This document shows positions 39,785 through 51,778 of a stretch of DNA of 64,000 bases, one piece after another. Position numbers and translations under genes: made by a program. Every line of letters starts with the position of its first letter. Positions within the stretch are counted from its first letter, which is position 1. Origin of the DNA: Phaeosaccion multiseriatum (Eukaryota > Protista > Ochrophyta, other classes); the NCBI GenBank assembly GCA_965112735.1, contig OZ218963.1, positions 62,001 to 126,000 on the forward strand, written 5' to 3'. The notes under the pieces are model-generated. The model was not told the DNA's origin and ran no database searches. It was given only the letters and a program-made list of their open reading frames with translations.

Positions 39785-42700
39785 CCAACAAGCCTATTGA
39801 ATTGCCCCCCGCCCTCTGACCTTGGTGGCCTGATGCCCCCCCTGCCCCCCCAAGTACCGCATGCAGAAGTGCCTGTCGCTCTCGCTCTCCATGCTGCGAG
39901 CCGTTGCTTGGGGCAGGGGCAGGGGCTTGTTGTGGCAGATGAGGGAGTGGAGGTTGTCGGATAAGTCAGTGATCTTGGTGGAGGCGATGGACGAGTCGAA
40001 CAGGTCTGTTCGAGAGTATGGACGGCAGTGGATGGGAGCCGAGAGGAGGGCAGGGGATGGCAGGGGATGGCAGGGGGTGGGAGGGGAGGGAGCAGGGGCC
40101 ACAGGGAAGGGTTAGGAGGTGCACGAATCACAGGGAGGAGCAGGATGGTAAGGGCACGGCAAGAGCAAAGCAAGGGCAAAACATGGGCAAGGCATATGGG
40201 CAAGGCATATGGGCAAGATATATGGGCAAGGCGTATGGGCAAGGCAAGAGCAAAGCATATGGGCAAGGCGGGCATTGGCAAGGAACATGGGCAAGGCATA
40301 TGGGCAAGCAGCTCCCGGCATTGTACGGCCCCTCCCGCCCACCTGCCCGGCCTTGTCTTCATAGACCAACCCGCCAACCCTTGCTGCCGACCCATGGCGT
40401 CGGTTACTCACCTCCCAGACGCTCCTTGACGTCATCCCTGAGCGTGAAGGCGTCTGCCTGCTCCTTGCTGAGCCGAACCGCCCTCGAGCAGGACCCTTCC
40501 TTCTCCGTCTCACCCCCGCCCTTCCCGTTGCTGCCGAAAGGGGAAGAGCAGAGGGGAGGACAAGAGGGGAGGGGAAGGGAGGAATGCATGAGTGGCAGCA
40601 TATGGGATTCTCACTCAGAGAGTCAGTCAAAAGCCAAAGTCAAGTACTTGGCATCTACTGCCATCCATCGAAGCCCTTGCCGTGCAGTGCCATCCCCTCC
40701 CACCTGCTGGCCTGCAGCCCGATGCCCTGCATAACTTCCGCCGACTCGTCCTCGTTGGTCAGCAGCGTGATGCCTCCATCCGCTGCCATCCACCCCCCTC
40801 CCCCCGGGGGCAGCAGACCCAGCAGGAAGGCCGCGGCACTCTGCTGCGTGCGCATGTAATCGGTGCAGCGCACATAGAGCTCGTCTGCTGCCATCCCGCC
40901 TGACTCTGACCCTGAGCCTGCGGGCCCCTTCTGCTGCTTGAGGAGGCCTCCGTAGGCCTCTCCGTAGGCGGCCCCCAAACGGAGGTGCTGAGCGGCGCCG
41001 TACTCGCTGAGCTGCCCCGGGAAGCACTCGCCCTTGGAGGCGCCCTCCACCATTAGGGCCAGTGCCTGAGAGAGGAGGGGTGTCAGGACAGAGGGGTGAA
41101 GGGTGTCAGGACAGAGGGGTGAAGGGTGTCAGGACAGAGGGGGTGAGGGGTGTCAGGACAGAGGGGTGAGGGGTGTCAGGACAGAGGGGTGAGGGGTGTC
41201 AGGACAGAGGGGTGAGGGGTGTCAGGACAGGGGGGTGAGGGGTGTCAGGACAGAGGGAAGGGGCGGGTTGAGTGTCAGAACAGTAGGTGGGTGATGGGTG
41301 TCAGGACAGTAGGTGGGTGATGGGTGTCAGAACAGTAGGTGGGTGATGCGTGTCAGGACAGTAGGTGGGTGATGCGTGTCAGGACAGTAGGTGGGTGATG
41401 AGTGTCAGGACAGTAGGTGGGTGATGGGTGTCAGGACAGTAGGTGGGTGATGGGTGTCAGGACAGTAGGTGGGTGATGGGTGTCAGGACAGTAGGTGGGT
41501 GATGGGTGTCAGGACAGTAGGTGGGTGATGGGTGTCAGGACAGTAGGTGGGTGATGGGTGTCAGGACAGTAGGTGGGTGATGAGTGTCAGGACAGTAGGT
41601 GGGTGATGGGTGTCAGGACAGTAGGTGGGTGATGCGTGTCAGGACAGCAGGTGGGTGATGGGTGTCAGGACAGTAGGTGGGTGACGGGTGTCAGGACAGT
41701 AGGTCACAGGGAGCCAGTCGGGGGGGCAATAGACCCAATGAGGCCCAATTAATGAGGCCCAATCCACCCTACCCACCACCGATCAACCCATCTGTTCTCC
41801 CCCTGCCCCTCCCCCATACATTGCCATCCTCAAGACCCCTTCCCTCCCGTATGCTTAGACGGACTCCCGATAGCCAACACATGAAACAAAAAGCCCTCAA
41901 TCAGATGACTCACCAGCGGATGTCCCGGAGCCAGCGCCCTCTCCACCTCCTCCCCCTCTGTGTTGACGACCTTGTACCTGCCAATGGCCTCCCACGCCTC
42001 TGCCACATGTCCTGAGAAGGGCGGGCACATGAAGTGACTCTCCTCAGGGGCCGGGAGGGGACTGCTCCAAGGGATCTGGTGGATAGCGGAGCGGTCACCG
42101 TGCCGAATGGTCATCTGGTGGTGGTGGGGGGGGGGAGGGAGAGAGAGTGAGGGAGAGAGGAGGAGAGATCGAGAGAGAGAGAGGGAGCGATTCGGTCCAT
42201 CGCGCACACACACACACACACCCACACACGCACCTGCACCATCTGCAGCTCCAGGCCGTGGTCTTTGGGCAGGGGGGGCGGGTACGAATGCGGGGCGTCG
42301 CAGTAGGGGTCAGAGGTGGAAGGGAAGGGCCGCGGTACCTCATCTTCATGCGGCCGCTTCTTCTTCTGCTTCTTCTGCTGTTGCTGTATCACCAACGGGT
42401 GGGCTTGATCTTCGTACTGTATGTAGTCGCGGTGGACAGGCAGCCCCGCCCCTGCCCCTCCTCGCCAACCAAAGGCCGTCTTCCACCAAGGGCCCGCGCC
42501 TGCCCCTCCCTCGCCTCCTCCTCCTCCTGCTGCTGCTGTTGGTGCTATTTCCCATCCACTGCCATCTGTCTCCCCGCTCCTCACGGGCTGGAGCAGGGCG
42601 GCCCGTGCCGATAGCCCGAGCACGGTAACTGTGACTGTGACTCCGGCCCCGAGCAGGCCCATACGCCTCCACGATCTCTTGCGTGATGCTCCCTTGTCCC

Positions 42701-43246
42701 CCCCCCCGTCCCTGTCTCTATTGTACATTCCTTCAGATGCGTCTTCCAGTCCCCGCTCTGCGTCGCGCTCTCGGTCCTCCTGAGGAGAGGGGCAGCGGAG
42801 CAGAGGGGTGTGTGAGTAGTGAGTGAGTGAGCAAGCATGCAAGGCAAGCCAGAGCAGCAGCAGGAGTCAGTCAACAGGGAGGCAGCATGAAGTGCAGCTT
42901 CTCACGCCCCCGGGAGCCACTGCATCGCAGAAGGACTTGGGAACTTCCCTGGGAACTTCCCTCCCATCCACATACGCACGCACGCACTCGCTCACCCTGC
43001 CACCCAGCCTGTATTGCGTTCCTCGTCTCACCTCCACGTCTCTATCAGTGGCCATTGCGGCTCTTCCGCTCCAAACGGAGCTGTCGGGCCTGCTGCTGCG
43101 CAGGATGGCCCCCTGGCCCACAGACCGGGGCGGGGGGGGAGGGGGGCCCTGCCTGGACCTGCCCAGACTCACGAGGTTTCCTGTACTCCCTGTGCATGCG
43201 AGAGAGAGGCCAATGGCGGGGTGTGGGAGAGAGAGCGAGAGGTCAA

Positions 43247-43303
<57 letters not shown>

Positions 43304-43593
43304 GAGGAGAGGGGAGAGGGAGAGAAAGAGAGGAGAGAAATTAAGGAGAAGCGGAGAGAGAGAATGACGAGAAGCAGAGAGAGTGAGAGAGAGAAGCAGA
43401 CATGAGGGGAGAGAGATGCAGAAAGAAGACGGGGGCGGCTCAGTACAGGGAAGAGAGGGACGGGGAACAAGTCCGATTAACCTAAGGCAGAGCAGCGTGA
43501 TGCAGGCGCCCCGACGGCGCAAGATACTCCCTCGCCCACGCGCTCACCGTAAGCGCTGCTCAGCCTGCCCACCTTACTGCGGGGACTGGGCAT
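37935..43593 (-). CDS. Histidine acid phosphatase (clade 2), N-terminal membrane anchor
   Basis: Exons approx. 43593-43548, 43180-43032, 42779-42234, 42114-41914, 41065-40704, 40530-40412, 40005-39821, 39432-39276, 38450-38317, 38072-37935. Motifs TIRHGDR, GQLSEYGAAQHLRLG, VRCTDYMRTQQSA, FSGHDTVI, WPPYASHVVFELW, FVRVVFNG. The first two exons are least certain. Confidence 0.88.
38536..39250. repeat. 24-28-bp minisatellite (TGCCTGCCCATACGCCTCTC[TC]n), intronic
   Basis: About 700 bp of near-identical units in phosphatase intron 38451-39275. Confidence 0.95.
39712..39783. repeat. (CAA)n microsatellite, intronic
   Basis: Visible run. Confidence 0.9.
40190..40310. repeat. 13-bp degenerate tandem (GGCATATGGGCAA)n
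   Basis: Intronic; reverse complement of the GCCCATAYGC word. Confidence 0.8.
41070..41702. repeat. 22-bp then 26-bp minisatellites sharing the core GTGTCAGGACAG
   Basis: (gggtgtcaggacagaggggtga)n followed by (gtgtcaggacagtaggtgggtgatgg)n in phosphatase intron 41066-41913. Confidence 0.95.
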
Positions 43594-43836
43594 GAGCTAG
43601 AGAGAAGGGGTTGGTTTGTATTTAGAGAAGGTTTTGGTCACACAAAACACAAAACAACATCCCCTCTTTGGTGTCAGGACCAGCCCTATCGTAAGCAACG
43701 GTCACATGAGCCTCAGCCCCCAGGCCAACCCACTCATATTGAATTGGACGGGTTTGTCAGGAGAGAGGAGAGGGCAGACAATGAACAGAACGTAGGAGGA
43801 GTGCCTGAGTCGACGGAGGCCACACTAGCGTGGACG
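43594..43836. promoter_or_regulatory. Probable compact bidirectional promoter (phosphatase - / IF-2 +)
   Basis: Predicted starts about 243 bp apart on opposite strands. Confidence 0.45.
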
Positions 43837-46489
43837 ATGGGAGTGAAGCGGACAATGGGGGCGGCGACAACAGCATCAGTCCTGGGGCTGGGGGCAATGA
43901 CGCTTCTAGGAGCATTGACAAGCGTAAGTGGATGGGTAGTGCCTGCCGGGCTGGCACCCCCGTTGGCGGGGAAGGACAGCGGCCGCAGAAGTAGCAGCAG
44001 CAGCAGCAGCGGTAGCAGCAGCAGAGGCAAGGGCCTTCAACAGGCGCTCGTCGCCAGCCGAGATGTTCGCTCCATTTCCACATGCGGCCTGGGGGGCGAG
44101 GTGAGCACTGTGCGAACGAGTCGGCTCATGCCGCTATACATGTCGAAGGAAGGCAGAGGCCCCCCGCCGGGCTATGGCAGGGATCAGGGGAGGGGAAGGG
44201 GGGCACCCCCGCCCGGGTATAGAGACAGACCTGGCTACAACGGGGGAGGAGGGAGAGGGCCTCCGCCGGGCTACAACGGAGGAGGCAGAGGGCCTCCGGG
44301 AGGGTACAATGGAGGGGGAGGGCGAGGGCCCCCGGGAGGGTACAATGGCGGGGGAGGGCGAGGCCCCCCACCGGGATACAGCGGAGGAGGGCGAGGGCCT
44401 CCTCCACCTGGCTACAGCGGAGGAGGAGGGAGGGGCTACCCCGGAAGGGGCCCCCCTGGGTACAGCGGTGGGGGCGGGAGAGGGTACGAGGGGGGAGGAG
44501 GGCGAGGGCCCCCGGGAGGAGGCTACGGAGGAGGAGGAGGGAGGGGCTACCCCGGAAGGGGGCCTCCCGGCTACAGTGGAGGGGGTAGAGGTCCTCCGGG
44601 AGGAGGAGGCGGAGGCTACCAAGGAGGAGGGCCAGGGCGGGGACCACCAGGAAGGAGAGGACCTCCCTTTGGGGGGGGAGGCCGAGGAGGAGAGGGGGGC
44701 AGCTATCAAGGGGGGAGGGGGGGCGGCATGGGGAGCCCAGGAGGGGGGCGAGGCTCCTACGGAGGGGACTACGGTGGAGCAGCAGACTTGTCGCCTGGGG
44801 GCAGGGGCGGCATGGGCAGGGGTATGCCCCCCCCCCCCCCTCTCGACAGTGACATGGGGGTGGACGGACGGCCGGCGAGGGGGGACCGCAGAGGGGGGGT
44901 GGGCAGGGGCAGGGGCTCGACGTCCTTCACCGGCAGGGGAGGGCCGGGCGGGGGGAGGGGCGGAGGGCGAGGCAGGGCCGGGGGCAGGAGCCAGGGCGGC
45001 GGCGGCGGTTACAGGTGACTGAGGAGATTGAGGGTGGATGGGGGAGGGCAGGGGAAGGCGTAGGGTATGGCGGAGCGGAGTGGACTTGGCGCAGGCATAT
45101 GGGTCTTGTTGGACTTGGTGCAGGCATATGGGTCTTGTTGGACTTGGCGCAGGCATATGGGTCTTGTTGGACTTGGTGCAGGCATATGGGTCTTGTTGGA
45201 CTTGGTGCCTGTGCCTGCGCTGATTTAGAACATTTGTATGGTGGTGTTGGTGGCCGGTGGACTGTTGCCTTTCTCTGCTGCGATGTCATGCCGTGCGGGG
45301 CGGTGCCGCGACATGTGTGGCGTGTTTGGTGTTTGCAACCACGCACTCTCTTTGACCGACTTGTTCCTCGTATCACCAACTGCCACACACACACAGTGAC
45401 TTTGACGATGGCGGCGGTTACATGGGCAGCGGTGCAATGTCCAACCCTGCCAACACGGAAAACTCCGCCTCTATGGACATGTTCGACGACGGTGATGCAG
45501 GCTACGCAGATCCCGTGGGGGGGGGCAGGAATCTCAGGTGGGTCGGGAGAAGGAGGGAGGAGAGGGGAGGAGGGGGAGGAGGGGGGGACGGACGTGACGT
45601 ATACTCACCGCGCACACACTGCATCAAACATCCCACGCACACTCACACACACACACACACACTGCATCAAACATCCACAAACGTATTCGAACCCTTACTT
45701 CAATGAATCAAAGCATACACAACCCCGCACTCAATTGATCAAAACAAAACAAAACACGTACGTACACCCCTTCCCCCCACAGGACACAACGGCGCCGGCC
45801 CAAGCAGCGAGGGGGGCGCAGAGGGGGGGCTCCGAAGGTGGCGCCTCCTCCTCCTCGGCCTGTGACTCTGCTCGAGCCAACTGTGACCGTGTTCGAGCTC
45901 GCCACCATGATGGACGTCAAGGTACGGAAGTTCGTTGGGGGCATTATGTATGTATTATCCTTTTGGGGGGGTGTTACTTCCTTTTGCTTGTAACTGTAAG
46001 AGTAAGTCAGTGAGTGAGGGGGCGCTTGTGAGGCGTTAAATCCCCCTCAGTCTCTGGGGGTGGGTGATGTTCTTGGCGTTGTCTTGTCTATTCGATGTCA
46101 CTCTAACACTGAAAGTAATACGATACGGGTATGTTCTATGGGTTGGCTGTTCGCACTCACTCACTCACTCACTCACGTGTACCCCCGTACTGTTGCTACT
46201 TTACTTCCTTCTCCCCTCTCCCTCCTCTTCCTTTTAGGTGGGGGAGGTGATCAAGTACCTCATGCTCAACGTCGGCGTCATGGCCGCAGCCCCCCAGAGC
46301 ATCGAGGCCGACGTGGCTGCAGCGGTGGCTGAGGCCTTCGGCAAGGAGGTGGTGAGAGAGGCCAGGGAGGAGGAGGTGTCCGCCCTTGGAGGGGACGGCG
46401 ATGAGAGGGGAGAGGCGGCGCTGGAGCTCATGGTGGGGGTGGACAGCGGGGAGGGAGGCACCGTCATCATGACCGACGAGGAGAAGGGT

Positions 46490-46535
<46 letters not shown>

Positions 46536-48852
46536 TAGGGGAAGAGGGGAGGGGAGGGCATGAGATAGCCTGTCCGGTCCTGTCCTGACACCTCTGATAT
46601 CGTAGCTGGCCTATGTGGCCTGTCCGGTCCTGTCCTGACACGTGTGAGCTCTGAGCTGTGAGGATGATCTGTGTGGTGTGTGGTGTGTGTGCGTGTGTGT
46701 GTGTGTGTGTGTGGGTGGGTGGGTGTGAGTGTGTGTGCCTGTGTGTGTGTGTGTGTGGTGTGTGGTGGGTGTGTGTGTGGTGTGTGTGTGTGTGTGTGCG
46801 TGTGTGTGTGTGTGTGTGTGGTGTGTGTGTGTGTGTGTGTGTGGTGTGTGTGTGTGTGTGGTGTGTGGTGTGTGTGCTGCTTGTTTGGATCGATCTGTCG
46901 CTCACGCACATGGTACTGCCCCCGTGGGGGCTCTCCGTGAGAGGTCAGAGGCATGTGGATTGTGGAGGAAAGGGGAAGAAGGGCTTGAGATTAGAGGCAC
47001 ACGCACACGACGGTTTCAGAGAAGAGGCATTCGAGGGCTTCCTCTTCCAAATATGCATCTCCCCCCTGCCTGCCCGCCTGTGAGCCCCCATTCACCAGCC
47101 GAAGAAGCCGCTCTGGTGACCCCCTCACACCTCTAAGCCGTTCCCTGCATCCCTCCCCTCCCCGCCTTATCCCTCTGTATCACCAACAGCCGCAGACGCG
47201 CTGCTGATGACGCCCCGCCCCCCCGTCGTGACCATCATGGGGCATGTGGACCACGGCAAGACGTCTCTGCTCGACGCCATTCGCAAGAGCAGAGTGGCGG
47301 ACAAGGAGGCAGGGGGCATCACGCAGCATGTCGGAGCCTACCAGGTGGGTGGGGAGTAAGTCAATGGGTGGGTGGGGAGATAGAGAGGGTGTGTGTGGGA
47401 GGGAGTGTGGGGAAAGAGAGGACTGAGCACCTGCTCTCTCTCTCTCTCTCTCTTGGCCGCTTGCTCCCTTCCTCCACCGCTTCTTCTTTTCACCCTCCCT
47501 CTTCCCTCCCATCCCCTCCCCTCCACACCATCCACTGCCATTCACTACTATCCCCCCCCCCCAGGTGACCACTGACGCCGGCCGAGACGTAACCTTCATC
47601 GACACCCCGGGCCACGCCGCCTTCTCTGAGATGCGATCCCGTGGGGCCACCGTAACGGACGTGGTGATCTTGGTTGTGGCCGCGGACGACGGAGTGAGCG
47701 AGCAGACCAAGGAGAGCATCGCCACCGCTCGCCTCGCTGAGGTATGTGTCCAGCCATCTCCTACCATCCCATCCTCTGCTTGTCAGCCCCGCCCTCCCAT
47801 CCCCCGTAACCCTCCACCCTCCCCGCCCTCTTTTCTCTCATACCTGAAGGTGCCCATCGTGGTGGCCATCAACAAGATCGACAAGGAGGGCGCTGACCCC
47901 GCCAAGGTGAAGAACGAGCTCATGGGCTTCGACCTCTTGCCAGAGGAGTTCGGAGGAGACACGCAGGTGTGTAGAGAACCAACGGGTACAGTCTGGCTGA
48001 GTGGTCGGAGAGTGTGGTGCAAACACTCTTCGTCTCGTCTCTTTCTCCGCATGCCCAAGTACTTCAAAGTTCATTCCCCTCCCACCCCCCCCTGTCCTGA
48101 TACCTGACACCTCTTCCTACTCCCTCACTCAGGTGGCCGAGGTGTCCGCGAAGCAGCTCACCGGACTGGAGAATCTGCTCGAAAAGGTCCTTCTCCAGAC
48201 CGATGTGTTGGACCTCCGGGCCAATAGTGAGGCCTCGGCGGAGGGCGTGCTGCTGGAGGCCCAGATGGAGAGGGGCCTAGGCACTGTGGGCACTCTCATC
48301 GTTCAGAAGGGAACCCTCAAGGTGAGGGAAGGGAAAGTATTATATATATAGGGTCTTTACTCTGGTGTACCCTAGAGAAGAACTGACGCAAACTGGAACT
48401 TTTTCTGCAGCTCACCTAACTTATGTACTCTCTTACTGAGTCACTGATCCACTCTCTTCACTCACTTCACTCCCTCATTCCCTCACTCACACACTCCACT
48501 CACCCACTCCCTTACTTACTTGCTCACCCACTCAACTCATCACAGGTCGGCGACTTCTTCATCTGCGGCTCGAGCTACGGCCGAGTGAGGACCCTCAGGG
48601 ACTTCAATGGCAAGAGGATAAAGGAGGCAGGACCGAGCACACCCGTGCAGGTCGGAGGCTTCGACGGCATCCCCTCTGCGGGTGACGCCTTCCTCGTCAC
48701 TGACAAGGAGGACACTGCCCGAGAGACGGCCCTCGCTCGCCGCAACCTCGCCAGGAACGCGGGGGCCGCGGTGGGCGCCAAGGCCATGCGTTCCAACATC
48801 GAGGACATTATCAACGGAGTCGTCAAGGAGGAGCCCAAGTAAGTTTCTGTCC

Positions 48853-48912
<60 letters not shown>

Positions 48913-49763
48913 CTGTCATATCCAGCTGTGGCTGCTCTGTCTCTCTCTGTCTCTACCTGTAGCTGGTGCTGCTGCTCTTGTTTTTGTGCTCTTGTCTCTG
49001 TGGCTTGTGGCGCACCTCTGCTCAATCGACGCATCCACTGCCATCCTCAGGGAGATTTTGGAGCTGTCCATCGTGCTCAAGGCGGATGTGGACGGCTCCG
49101 CTGAGGCTATCATGGGCGCCATTGAGGGGCTCAAGAGTGAAGACGACTATTTCAAGGTACAGTCATTGAGGAGAAGGAAGAGAACAAAAAATGTGATTCT
49201 CCCTTGTCCTCTCTCTTCGACACTAACCACCTACACCATTGACTGCCATCTTTACGTCCCCTCCCTTTGCTCCCTTAGGTCAAGGTCAACGTGGTGGTGA
49301 ACTCCGTGGGCGACCTCAGCAAGAGCGATGTAACTGTTGCTTCCGTGAGCAACGCCTTCGTGGTGTGCTTCAACGTGCAGGCCCACCAGGAGGCACTGGA
49401 CGAGGCCGTGAGGGAGCACATCGACATCGGCTACTACGGAGTGGTGTACGACATCCTCGACGATGTGCAGGCCAGGATGGATGAGATCCGGAGCCCCACG
49501 CCCGACGGAGAGTACATTGGAAAGGTACGTGCAGCGGCAGGGGGGTGGGCAGGGGTAACGGTTAGGGGTTAACGGTAAGGGGTTAACGGCAAAGCTGTAG
49601 CGGTAAGGGGGGGTGGATTGGATGGGTATGAATGTATGAATGAGTGTCGTGTCCCTGGTCCGACGGATCCGAGCCCTCTTCCTCCTCTCCGACCCCGCTT
49701 TGCTTGATACCGCCCCATTAATCTCCGCCCCCCTCCCTCACCCCCCTGTATCCTGAATGACCA

Positions 49764-49800
<37 letters not shown>

Positions 49801-50028
49801 CCGCTGTGAAGGAGGTGTTCAACATCGGCAAGGTGGGCAACATCGCGGGCTGCACCGTGCTGGACGGGCTCGTGAGGAAGAGGGCCAACTGCCGCATCAT
49901 GAGGAGGGGCCGGGTGCAGCACGAGGGAAGGCTCAAAACCCTCAAGAACCTCAAGCTCGACGCGGAGGAGATGGTCGCAGGCACCGAGTGCGGCATACAG
50001 GTTAGTCCATTTGTGTGGGGGAGGGGGG

Positions 50029-50076
<48 letters not shown>

Positions 50077-50337
50077 CAGGCGTGGGTGGGTGTGGGTGTG
50101 GCCGTGTGTGGGTGTGGCCGTGTGTGGGTGTGGGTGGGGGCGTATGTGAAAATGGGTACAAGCTGGTATGGAGGAGCTCTGGATAGATTGAGGTTATCGA
50201 CATGTTCGACGTGTGTACTCGGTGAGTGGAGTCGAACTGATCTAAAACTGTACCACTACGTACTGTGAACACAGGTGGAGGGCTTCGAGAACTTCGAGGA
50301 GGGAGACCACATCGAGTGCTACGTCGAGAAAAAGTAG
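43837..50337 (+). CDS. infB: Translation initiation factor IF-2, nuclear-encoded, probably plastid-targeted
   Basis: Exons 43837-45014, 45397-45537, 45783-45921, 46238-46487, 47190-47344, 47565-47741, 47850-47966, 48133-48321, 48546-48838, 49051-49156, 49279-49524, 49800-50000, 50275-50337. G-domain [20 protein letters not shown]...EAGGITQH...[10 protein letters not shown]...NKID; [10 protein letters not shown]; GTECGI. Signal peptide ending VSG-WVVP (ASAFAP-like) followed by a Ser/Arg-rich transit peptide. Confidence 0.95.
45081..45207. repeat. 29-bp minisatellite (TGGACTTGGYGCAGGCATATGGGTCTTGT) about x4
   Basis: Intronic tandem units containing GCATATGGG. Confidence 0.9.
46492..46875. repeat. 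(GT)n-rich tracts in IF-2 intron
   Basis: Visible runs 46492-46532 and 46668-46875. Confidence 0.9.
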
Positions 50338-51778
50338 AGAGCTAGTGCGACGTTGACAGAAAGTAGAGTACTAAGTGCAACGTCGAAAGAAAGTAGATAG
50401 TGGGACTGTAAGGGTTGTGTCGAAGGAACTCCAGTGCCATCTCGACAAGAAGCAGAGTGAGAGAGCACGAGATGGAAAGAGAGAGGGAGTGTGTGTGTGT
50501 GTGTGTGTGTCGACACACAGACCACATGCCAGTGGTATGTCGGCAACGAGGAGGAGGAGGAGGAGGAGGAGGAGGAGGAGGAGGAGGAGGACGGGGAGGA
50601 GTAGAGAGAGGGCGAGAGAAGAGGGAGGAGGGGTGGAGCAGAGCGTGGCCGGGAGGGGGCGGCAGTGTTTGGCGTGGCTGGCTTAGGTGGGGGAGCAGCG
50701 ATGGCAGTCGACGGCGGCAGACTAGGAGCTTCAAGGAGCCTCTGACAGGCAGTTAGGGACGGACGAGACAGTGTGACGCACGCGGGCACGGATGGGAAAG
50801 AGTGGATGGTTTCCGCGTACGTACCGTAGGCTTGATGTACTCTTGTAGAGAGGGCATTGATACACGGCTGCCGCAAATGGGAGGCAGCTAGTTGCAAAGC
50901 CTCTGGGATATTAAGTAATAAGTCAGTTAAAATAAAAAAAAGAGTGGGCATGAGTGGATCTGCCCTGGGTTATGAAGCTAGTCACCAATCGCTCAGTCTG
51001 TCAGCCACTCAGTCTCGTCTATCCGTCAGTCCGGCAGTCAGACAGTGTTGCAGCGCTTCAGGGCAGTGGATGGCAGTCTATGATGTTAACTGTGTTTTAA
51101 AAAAAGAGTGTGGTTGTACATAGTGTAGCCGTTTCACAGATGCAGAGCCATTAGTCGAGACCGACCATTCGACCATTCACCGGCATCGTCCACTGCCATC
51201 CCGCAATCAATCAGACCATCACTGCTGCCCAGGAGCCATAGAAGATCAAGAAGAAGAGGGAGAAGAAGACAGCCCACCTCAGCTGCTCACCTCAGCTGCC
51301 CACCTCCGCCGATGTCCAATGTGGGGCATGTGAAACACAAGCCTTCTTTTCTTCCTTCCAAACGCAAGCCGGGCTGCCTGTGGATCTCCCAGCTGTGAGT
51401 AGAGCCGATGCTAGCCCATATGCCCACAGCCCATAAACCCCATGGGGTCTAATGGGACAATGGCGCTCGTCCTCTCTCACCCTCCCCCCCTGGAGAATGT
51501 CGATGTCGATGTATTCGATATTGACCGAAAGTGAAAGAGGCCTCTTGCCAGAAACTCGCTTGGGTTGGCCCCACTTCTCCCCCCCCAGGCCTTCTGGGGA
51601 TGCCTCTCTCTCTCTCGCTCGCGTCTGTCTGCCTCTCTTCCCCTCCCTGCCCGCGGGTGCCATCCAGTGCCATCCAGACAGTCAGTAAGTCAGCAACAGG
51701 GGGGAGTTGTACACTTCACACAACTCCTACAAGTAGGTGTGCGTGTGTGTGTGTGTGCAGCATACATAAGTCAATAAT

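Noticed and set aside
38536-41702. Regular 22-28-bp repeats resembling CRISPR arrays
   Set aside because: Units are head-to-tail with no unique spacers, lie inside spliceosomal introns, and no cas genes are present.
22049-50268. Many long ORFs of poly-CV, HT, RE, PSL, AYGQAERE and similar
   Set aside because: Translations of intronic micro- and minisatellites or antisense shadows of GC-rich exons.
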